From the IMG/VR virus record IMGVR_UViG_3300005281_000021, positions 18,783 to 82,782 of that record: a stretch of DNA of 64,000 nucleotides; one strand, written 5' to 3'. Under the pieces are notes generated by a model. The model was not told where the DNA came from, ran no database searches, and was given only the letters and a program-made list of their open reading frames with translations. Both the position numbers and the translations under genes were made by a program. The stretch comes from a virus. Its lineage: Duplodnaviria > Caudoviricetes. Shown here piece by piece: positions 57,046 through 64,000 of this stretch (the first letter of the stretch is position 1; each line of letters opens with the position of its first letter).

Positions 57046-57800
57046 TGTGGATCCTCCTAAGCCGTTGACATTGCTCAGGAAAGATCATAACTCTGAATTG
57101 CCGGGAAGTGTCGTGAAACGCGGTGAATTAGCGCGAACACAACACTGGGCCGGCCAGGCATCAGGCCGGGATCCCGCAGGAGCGCAGGATTTCCATGATG
57201 GCCGCCGATATGAAAAATCCCCGTCTCTCCGGGGTGTCACCACTGAGTCACCATGTCCCTGGCGGGTGGTCCGCCGTCGATAGCTCCGCATGGCAGAGGG
57301 CAGGATCGTCGCGTCGGCAATGCTCCGCCTGCATGCTTCAACACCGGCAGGGCCGGTGGCCGTACTAGCAACAATTCGATGATGGTGCCGGTTACGTCTC
57401 CGGCGCGGGGTTTCACCGCCGTCTACCTGTGGCCCGCGAGTTTGACCGCGCGGGACTTCAGCCCGCTAACGCCACGGGCGCGGATGGCCGCGTTGCCGCG
57501 GGCTGCGACCATCACCTAAGCGGTTGCACCGGCCCGCATTTCCCCAGATCGGCGGCGCCACGTCACCAGGAAGGCGCTGCACAGTGAACCGCTTAGGTGA
57601 TGGCCCCGGCCTTTTACGTCGCCGGGACGGACGGCGGCGGCACATCTTCGGGAGCCGGAAAGAGGAAAACGGGAACCGCCACGGCGAAATATTACCTCAA
57701 TTTTGAGCACGGCGCGCCCGACCTGCGCCCGGGGAAAACCCTGAGCACGAAAAAGCCACGACCGCCCGGGGCCTCCCGCGCACGCGCGCCAGACTGCAGA

Positions 57801-59180
57801 TCAGGTGGCGTCCAGCGCCGGCGCCGCGTCGGCGGGGAACTGCGCGCCGGTTTCAGCGTGCACAGCCCGCCGGCCCGTGTAGGCCTGCCAGCGCCGGACG
57901 ATCACGTCGACGAACCGCGGATCCAGCTCCATGAGCCGGGCCGACATGCCCATGCGGTCGGCAGCGATCAGGGTGGATCCAGAGCCGCCGAAGGCGTCGA
58001 TCACGATATCGCCCGAGCGCGCGCTGGCGCGCAGCATGCGCTCGATCAGGCCCACCGGCTTCATCGTCGGGTGGTCAGCGGAGCGCTTGGGCTTCTCGTG
58101 GTAGATGACCGAGCCCGGCAGCTCCTCGATCTGCGCGTCGCCCGAGACCACCAGCACCGAGTCACCGACCCGCACCGCCCAGCGCCCGTCCTCGAGCCTG
58201 GTGATGGCGCCGCCCTCGCCATGCTCGACCACGGTGGTGAGCTTGCGCCCGCCATACCAGCGATGCTTGGCGCCCGGCTTCCAGCCGTACAGGATCGGCT
58301 CGTGCATCCACTGGTAGTCCGAGCGGCCCAGCACCAGGGAATCCTTGCGCCAGATCAGGCAGCCGGACAGCTTGAAGCCGGCCTCGACGAACGCCCCGCG
58401 GAAATTCAGCCCCTCGGTGTCGGCGTGCGCCACGTAGATGGGCGCGCCAGGCTTCATGACCGAGAACAGCGCCACGAACGCATCGCGCAGGAACTGGCGG
58501 AATTCCGCGTCGGCCATGTCGTCGTTTTTGATCGACCCGGCCAGCTTTGACTCGTAGGCCACGTTGTAGGGCGGATCCGTCCAGCAGATATCCGCCTTCT
58601 CGCCAGCCATGAGCCGGTCCCAGGCGTCGATCTCTAGCGACGAGCCGCACATGACGCGATGCGGCCCGAGCACCCAGACGTCGCCCGGCTTGGACACCGG
58701 ATCGGGCGCCACCTCGGGCACCTCGTCGGGGTCGTTTTCGCTCGGCACCTCGGTCACGTTGCCGAACAGCTCGGTCAGCTCGTCGGCGGAGAACCCGACC
58801 AGGTCCAGGTCGAACCCATCGGCCAGCAGCGCGTCGGTTTCGACCCGCAGCATTTCCAGATCCCAGGAGACACCCTTCTCGGCCAGGCGGTTGTCCGCGA
58901 TCACGTAGGCCCGGCGCTGCGTCTCGGTGAGATGCGACAGATCGATGACCGGAACCTTTTCCAGGCCCAGCTTCTGGGCTGCCATGACCCGGCCATGGCC
59001 GGCCAGGATACCGCCATCGGCCACAAGCACCGGGTTGGTCCAGCCGAACTCCTTTATCGAGGCGGCGATCATGTCGACCTGCCACGGCTCATGCTTTCGC
59101 GAGTTGCGGGCGTAAGGGACGAGATCGGCGACGGGCACCGCCCGCACCTGCAGGGTTTCGATTTGCGACGTAAGGTCCAC
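57801..59180 (-). CDS. ParB-like domain + N6/N4 DNA methyltransferase
   Basis: LVPYARNSR.H..AGHGR; TDPPY; HPTMKP; DAFGGSGSTL. Confidence 0.92.
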   Translation of the reverse strand: MDLTSQIETLQVRAVPVADLVPYARNSRKHEPWQVDMIAASIKEFGWTNPVLVADGGILAGHGRVMAAQKLGLEKVPVIDLSHLTETQRRAYVIADNRLAEKGVSWDLEMLRVETDALLADGFDLDLVGFSADELTELFGNVTEVPSENDPDEVPEVAPDPVSKPGDVWVLGPHRVMCGSSLEIDAWDRLMAGEKADICWTDPPYNVAYESKLAGSIKNDDMADAEFRQFLRDAFVALFSVMKPGAPIYVAHADTEGLNFRGAFVEAGFKLSGCLIWRKDSLVLGRSDYQWMHEPILYGWKPGAKHRWYGGRKLTTVVEHGEGGAITRLEDGRWAVRVGDSVLVVSGDAQIEELPGSVIYHEKPKRSADHPTMKPVGLIERMLRASARSGDIVIDAFGGSGSTLIAADRMGMSARLMELDPRFVDVIVRRWQAYTGRRAVHAETGAQFPADAAPALDAT

Positions 59181-59183
59181 TGG

Positions 59184-59873
59184 TTAGCCTCCAGCGCCGG
59201 AGCGCTCGATAACGACCACGGAGGGGCCGGCCTGCGGGTCGGCGGCGTCCAGGCCCCAGGCCTTGCGCTCGCCCTCCTGGATGATCTTGATGGTCTCGCT
59301 GGTGATTTTCGCCAGTTTGGCCCGCTCGAAGTCCTTCGCCTGGATGGCCTCGTAGGACAGCTTGCGGGCGGCCTGCCATTCCTTGCGGTGCCGGTCAGCG
59401 ATCTCAGCACGCAGTTTGACCGCGACGTCCTGCACGACCGCGGGGTCATGGGGTGGCTTGGCCGGCTTGGCCGGCTCTTCGCGCGTCTCGGCCTGTTCGG
59501 TCGGCGGCGGGTCGGATTGGTCTTTTTTGGTCGCGCCAGGAGTGACGTTGACGGCGGTGACCTGGGTGACCTCGGCGACGTCACCGTCCTCGTCACCTAC
59601 GTCACCGTCCGGCGACTTCGGCGGGCTGGAGCGCTCGACCTGGACGGCGAGCTGCGCCTCTGCGGCCATGCGGTCGGCGCGCGCGTGGGCCTTTTTTGCC
59701 AGCTCGGCGAGATTGGCCGGGCGCTCCCAGCCCTCGCGCTTGGCGCGGCGGGAAACGGCAGCCTTGTCGACGCCGAGCCGGGCGGCAAGCGCGTAGAAGG
59801 ACAGGGTCGGGTCAGCTTCCCACGCCACGCGGGCGGCTGCCCATTCGTCGGGGGGGAGTCGTTTGTTGCTCAT
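59184..59873 (-). CDS. terS: Terminase small subunit
   Basis: N-terminal HTH (W..AR..WE..LAARLGV..AVSRRAKREGW), ERKAWGLD; late motif upstream. Confidence 0.75.
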   Translation of the reverse strand: MSNKRLPPDEWAAARVAWEADPTLSFYALAARLGVDKAAVSRRAKREGWERPANLAELAKKAHARADRMAAEAQLAVQVERSSPPKSPDGDVGDEDGDVAEVTQVTAVNVTPGATKKDQSDPPPTEQAETREEPAKPAKPPHDPAVVQDVAVKLRAEIADRHRKEWQAARKLSYEAIQAKDFERAKLAKITSETIKIIQEGERKAWGLDAADPQAGPSVVVIERSGAGG

Positions 59874-59883
59874 GGTCGGATTG

Positions 59884-60249
59884 TCACGTCACCACCTGAC
59901 GGGCGACGATTTCGGCGGGCGCCTCGGGGGACGGCGCGTCGTTACGGACGCATCGTACACCGAGGTCGCGCCCGGTTTTCATTTTCAGGCCGCAGGCGCA
60001 GATAGCCGAGGGAGCGTGGGCGATCACGCTCAGGCCGCAGCCCGAGCACCGGAACAGGCGCCCGTCGTCGGTTTTGCGGGAGAGGATCCGGCAGAAGCAG
60101 ACCTGGCAGACGTGGTCCTCGAGCCTCCACAGCTCGTCGGGCCGATTTTCGGGCCTTTGGCGCGTTTTTTTGCCCACGGACGACCCGAGATATTCACCCC
60201 GGTCTTTTTTCGCCCCACGCGCCCGATTTTCCGCCTTTCCAGCCATCAT
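59884..60249 (-). CDS. Cys-rich zinc-binding protein
   Basis: HVC..C.GR-like, CSGCG, CACG. Confidence 0.6.
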   Translation of the reverse strand: MMAGKAENRARGAKKDRGEYLGSSVGKKTRQRPENRPDELWRLEDHVCQVCFCRILSRKTDDGRLFRCSGCGLSVIAHAPSAICACGLKMKTGRDLGVRCVRNDAPSPEAPAEIVARQVVT

Positions 60250-60785
60250 CAGAACAGCCTGAGCTGCGGAAATTGGGCCGCGGCATTCGGATTCGACGTG
60301 AAGGCCACCGTGCCGCGGCAGTCACGCAGGGCGCCGACGACCAGCTCGAGCGAGCTTTGGGTCAGCTGCCGGTAGATGGTGCGGGGTTCCCCGGCCTCGA
60401 CGATGCGCACCGATCGGGGATCCAGGCGGGGCATCTTGCTGGGCCGGTTGCCCTTGGCATTTCGGCCACGCACCCATTCGCGCTCGCGGTTCCAGCAGGA
60501 CACGCAGAGCCACTTCCCGATGAGCCAGCCGCGGGAGGACATGCGGTGGCAGCGGCTGCAGATCAGGGTGCCCTTGATCGGGGACAGGGACGCCTGCTCT
60601 TCGCCAGCGTGGGCGGCGCCGATGGGGCACGAGCGGCAGGAGCTGCGCCGCTCGTCGTGCTGGTCATTGCCGGCGCGCCAGTTGGCGGCGCAGGACTCGA
60701 CCGAGAGGGTGGCGCGCATGCGCTCGCACCGGAAGAAATTCCGGTCGCAGCCATCGATGCGGAAGTATTCGGGGAGAGTGGTCAC
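60249..60785 (-). CDS. Cys-rich hypothetical protein
   Basis: C..C.IG..H, C.RC, CVSC.NR. Confidence 0.65.
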   Translation of the reverse strand: MTTLPEYFRIDGCDRNFFRCERMRATLSVESCAANWRAGNDQHDERRSSCRSCPIGAAHAGEEQASLSPIKGTLICSRCHRMSSRGWLIGKWLCVSCWNREREWVRGRNAKGNRPSKMPRLDPRSVRIVEAGEPRTIYRQLTQSSLELVVGALRDCRGTVAFTSNPNAAAQFPQLRLF

Positions 60786-60912
60786 GTCGCGCGGGCGGGT
60801 GGCCGTTGTTGAGTTGCTCGAATTTTAGTAGGCACCGACCCGGAAGCGCAATGATGAAACGGGGGAGTTACGGGGATGCGTCGGCGCTGGGCGGGATTGC
60901 TCAAATTTGAGC

Positions 60913-61320
60913 TGTAACCGGCGTAACGGCGCCGGTTACGGTTCCGGTTACACCAAAAACCCTTTATAAAACAACAACATACATCCATATAGATGATGAT
61001 GTAACCGTGTAACCAGGAAATTAAATATACGTATACGCATACGCACACGCACGCGCATACGCGCGCACATGCGCGCGCACACACGCATGGGGTGTATGTT
61101 TTTCGCGGTTTCGCGGTTTCGCGGTTACACCGCCCGGAAACACAGGAGTAGCAAGGGTTTCGGCGTAACCGGTGAGGGATTACGCGGGTTTCGGCCATTT
61201 TTGCCATGAAAACCCGCGTCGTTGCGTGAGCGAACCCCGTAACCGGGCCGGTTTCAGGCCGGGAGTTTCCGGTTACAGCGCCCACAAAAAAGCCGCCCAG
61301 GCGGGCGGCGTAACGGCAAG
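60913..61320. repeat. Origin-like element copy B
   Basis: Same architecture and orientation as 34858-35232. Confidence 0.6.
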
Positions 61321-61335
61321 CGGCAGGCGGACCGG

Positions 61336-62190
61336 TCACTCGACCCAGCGCAGGTGGTAGGCCTGCGGGTTGCGCCGCGAGAGCACGAACTCGATCATCT
61401 CGCGGATGATCATGAGCCCGCGCAGGTGCCAGTCGGTCGGGTGGTCGTCCTTCGGCTCCGGCTCGTGCACGACGTAGACCGCAGGCACCCAGCCGCCGAA
61501 CATCCCGCGATCGACACCCGGCACCAGCCCACGGACGCGCAGCGGCCTGCCCGGCCAGAAAGCCCCCCAGTTGTTCCGGATCGACTCGTCGAGCATGTCC
61601 AGGCCCGGGCCAAACTGTCTGCGGTAGACATCCAGCGCGTCGCGCATGCCGCGTGGATTGTGCGAGATGTGCGCATTGGCATTGGGCACCCTCAGCGCCC
61701 GCACCCGGACATTGCCGCCCGGAGCCGACAGGAACCGCTCGAAAGCCGAAATCGCGTCGGTCACCCGCTGCCGGCAGGCCTCCCAGTCCGGGCGGAAGAA
61801 CTCCGGCCCATCGACCGCGTCCCGGCCAAAGATCTGGTACAGGCCCGGCGCGCCAGCCAGCGCCATGGTCGCCTCAAAGCCGTCGTCCGAGCTGTCCGAC
61901 CCGATGTACCCGAGGCTGAAAGCGTGGTTCCGGTCGACCCCGGACAGCGGCACCAGGGCCGGCGCCCGGCCTGGGTGGTTGCCCCACTCGTCGAGCCCCA
62001 TCTCGGCAGCCATCGCCCGGTTGCGCCGGAACACCTCAGCGCGCTGATCTTCCGTCAGCGCGGAGTAGCCGCCGAGCGCCGCCCAGCTCTGATAGCAGCG
62101 AGCACGGTATTCGGCCTCAAGCCGATCGGCCTCGTCGATCGAGACGCCATCGACCCGGTACAAGTAGATGTCGATGCGCATGACCGCCAC
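61336..62190 (-). CDS. Hypothetical protein
   Basis: Long ORF in operon, followed by terminator hairpin near 61285-61309. Confidence 0.65.
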   Translation of the reverse strand: MAVMRIDIYLYRVDGVSIDEADRLEAEYRARCYQSWAALGGYSALTEDQRAEVFRRNRAMAAEMGLDEWGNHPGRAPALVPLSGVDRNHAFSLGYIGSDSSDDGFEATMALAGAPGLYQIFGRDAVDGPEFFRPDWEACRQRVTDAISAFERFLSAPGGNVRVRALRVPNANAHISHNPRGMRDALDVYRRQFGPGLDMLDESIRNNWGAFWPGRPLRVRGLVPGVDRGMFGGWVPAVYVVHEPEPKDDHPTDWHLRGLMIIREMIEFVLSRRNPQAYHLRWVE

Positions 62191-62733
62191 CTACTTGCTG
62201 GCTCGCTTGGTCGCGCGCTTGGTCGCGGACTTGGACTCGGCGGTCACCCGGCTCTTCGGCCAGCCAGCCGCCACGAAGTCGGTGACCACGTCGGTCAGCA
62301 CCGGCACGGCGCGAGACGGGGACTCCGTCTCGGGCGGCGCGTACTTGGCAAACTCGGGCAGCGCCTCGATGAGCTGCTTACGCGTCTTCACGGCAGCGAC
62401 GGCAGCGCGCAACTTTTGCCTCAGCTCAGACCGCCGTTTGTCCTGCTCGTGATCTTTATCCTCGAGATCGGCGAGCTTTCGCTGCGTCTCTTCGTCCAGC
62501 GGCGCGGTGCCGACGGCGGCGATAGAGCGGAACCGGCGGAAGTAATAGCAGACCTCGGCCTTCAGATAACCCCGCAGCTCGGGCTGCTCGTAGACGGCGC
62601 GAATCTCTCGCGGCAGGCGCCGCAGCTGGTAGTCCTGCACCAGCTTGGCAGCCTGGGAATAGTAGTCGACGTAAGGTACGTCATCCATGACGGCACGCAC
62701 GAACGCGTCGCGGCTGTCGTTGGTCAGTCGCAT
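62191..62733 (-). CDS. Nmad5-like (nucleotide modification-associated) protein
   Basis: MRLT...RDAFV.AVM.DVP..T.KQL...LPEF.KY.P; AGGAG SD. Confidence 0.65.
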   Translation of the reverse strand: MRLTNDSRDAFVRAVMDDVPYVDYYSQAAKLVQDYQLRRLPREIRAVYEQPELRGYLKAEVCYYFRRFRSIAAVGTAPLDEETQRKLADLEDKDHEQDKRRSELRQKLRAAVAAVKTRKQLIEALPEFAKYAPPETESPSRAVPVLTDVVTDFVAAGWPKSRVTAESKSATKRATKRASK

Positions 62734-62803
62734 GCTTGCTCCTAGAAATCGCCCCGGAGCCGCCGGGGCAGCGGGCAGGCACGGAGCCTGCGGACGTGGC
62801 GGA

Positions 62804-63619
62804 TCAGTTAAGCGGCGGCAGGCCTAGACGGGCGCGCACAATCGGGTCGGATCCCGTGTAGCGGGCCTTCTTCTCGGCCTCGGTCGGCTCGCGGGTGGCC
62901 ACGACCTGCTGCGGCGCAGCCGCGGCGGTCTTGGTCACGCCGCAGGGCTTGCCGGCGCGCGCCCGGGCAGCCGCGTAGGCCTTGACCTCGCACATCATCT
63001 CAGCGGCGACCTCCTTGTCGCCGAGGACGGCAGCGACGGTGCGCACCTGCTCGAGCAGCATGCAATTCTCGTCGGTCCAAGACGTGCCCATGGAGATCCC
63101 GAAGGTCACGCCCTGGCCGCCGATGCTGGACGAGCCCATGCAGACCGCGGTGGGCGCGATGTTGGGCGCGTAGGCCGTGGCCACCGGGATCCGGGCAGCC
63201 TCGTAGGTGTCACCGCCCACGGTCACCGACTGCGATGCGTTGTTGCCATCGTTGTAGGCGCTCGAGCGGTTGTCGTTGCGGCTGGACTGGCTCTGACCCT
63301 GCTGCTGGCCCTGCTGCTGGCCTTGGAGCTGGCCCTGGGCCTGGCGGTTGGAGTTGCTGTTGCTGTTGCGGTTGGCGTTCGTGTTCGCGTTGGACGAGTT
63401 GCCCGACCCGACGACGGATCCGCCGTCACCGCCCCGGCCACCCTGGCCGACGCCCACGCCGACGCCCATGCCGACGCCCACGCCGGCGCCGCCCTGGTTG
63501 GTCGTGTTGTTGATCGTGTCGCCGCTGGGGCAATTGCCCTGGCAGCCGCTGTTGTTGCTGGCCGCGTCAGCCGCGCCAGCCAGGCCCATGAGGGCCGCGA
63601 GAAGGATGAGACGTTTCAT
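62804..63619 (-). CDS. Secreted Gly/Asn/Gln-rich protein
   Basis: Signal peptide, low-complexity core, Cys-containing C-terminal domain. Confidence 0.75.
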   Translation of the reverse strand: MKRLILLAALMGLAGAADAASNNSGCQGNCPSGDTINNTTNQGGAGVGVGMGVGVGVGQGGRGGDGGSVVGSGNSSNANTNANRNSNSNSNRQAQGQLQGQQQGQQQGQSQSSRNDNRSSAYNDGNNASQSVTVGGDTYEAARIPVATAYAPNIAPTAVCMGSSSIGGQGVTFGISMGTSWTDENCMLLEQVRTVAAVLGDKEVAAEMMCEVKAYAAARARAGKPCGVTKTAAAAPQQVVATREPTEAEKKARYTGSDPIVRARLGLPPLN

Positions 63620-63688
63620 GGCAATACCTCGAGGAAGTGCCCGGGAAGCCCGCCGGGCGCGGGTGCCGCAGAGCCGCTGCGGCGCCGG

Positions 63689-63940
63689 TCAAAAGACGTG
63701 GGGTCCGACGTAGACCACCATCCAGTACAGGGTGATGACGGCTGCGGCGCCGGCCAGCCACCACCAGCCGCTGTCGCCACGCCGGGCGACCCGGCGGCGC
63801 TCCGGCGTCGACTTCTGTTGCAGCAGCGCCGTCTGCACGAGCGAAGCGTCGGCATCGATCGAGCGCCCGTAGCCGCGGAACGAGCCGTCGCTGAAGCGGG
63901 TGTCGAACTTCGGCGGCACGTACTTGGTCCCGATGGGCAC
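63689..63940 (-). CDS. Small membrane-anchored hypothetical protein (start may lie upstream)
   Basis: C-terminal TM segment. Confidence 0.5.
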   Translation of the reverse strand: MPIGTKYVPPKFDTRFSDGSFRGYGRSIDADASLVQTALLQQKSTPERRRVARRGDSGWWWLAGAAAVITLYWMVVYVGPHVF

Positions 63941-64000
63941 CTTCGGGGTCAGGCCGCGCCGGGCGTATGCGGGGGATTCGAGAGCGCCGGCTTCGGCGGC

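Larger units (their letters stand above)
4137..59895. promoter_or_regulatory. Dispersed late-promoter family GTCGTGA(C/T)-N2-NANNNT
   Basis: 8-mers starting at 4137, 8901, 12943, 22557, 22578(+), 29083, 34201, 37082, 37288, 39407, 43025, 44158, 49738, 50278, 59888. Confidence 0.85.
39447..60912. promoter_or_regulatory. Dispersed palindromic operator TCAAATTTGA
   Basis: Exact at 39447, 44686, 60901; variants at 52358, 55677, 57697; all in AT-rich patches at or near gene starts. Confidence 0.7.

Noticed and set aside
57065-57095. Plus-strand sigma70 promoter starting TTGACA
   Set aside because: No good -10 at 16-18 bp spacing and no downstream gene
60782-61339. 185-aa ORF with CVCARAC repeats
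   Set aside because: Translation of the alternating purine-pyrimidine origin-like element

Overview
The whole window is one GC-rich temperate myophage, about 64 kb of a larger genome, probably infecting a proteobacterium. It appears to be in excised or circular form: a 3'-half tRNA-Arg(ACG) core flanked by arm repeats sits between two phage genes, next to a tyrosine integrase, as expected for attP. Most genes are on the minus strand: lysis cassette, tail fibres, baseplate, tape measure, tube and sheath, neck, capsid, scaffold, protease, portal and terminases. Capsid and sheath resemble SPO1/K-like (Herelleviridae-type) proteins. Main signals read from the sequence: (1) about 15 copies of a late-promoter motif GTCGTGA(C/T)-N2-NANNNT, 11 of them 6-7 nt upstream of an ATG with no room for a Shine-Dalgarno, implying a leaderless-mRNA late regulon; (2) one copy drives an ORF-less, multi-hairpin ~180-nt RNA in the head module; (3) enzymes carrying the same K|S/A motif as capsid and scaffold, hence probably head-packaged (kinase-like + ADP-ribosyltransferase fusion, NUDIX, pyrophosphatase-like protein, SNF2 helicase); (4) three tandem Y-RNA-like genes upstream of a Ro60/TROVE gene whose SD-linked start codon is out of frame; (5) a TerL with two ATPase domains; (6) two homologous origin-like elements; (7) a +1 UCC_UUU_CGC tail-chaperone frameshift. 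Family assignments come from motif recognition only; no searches were run.
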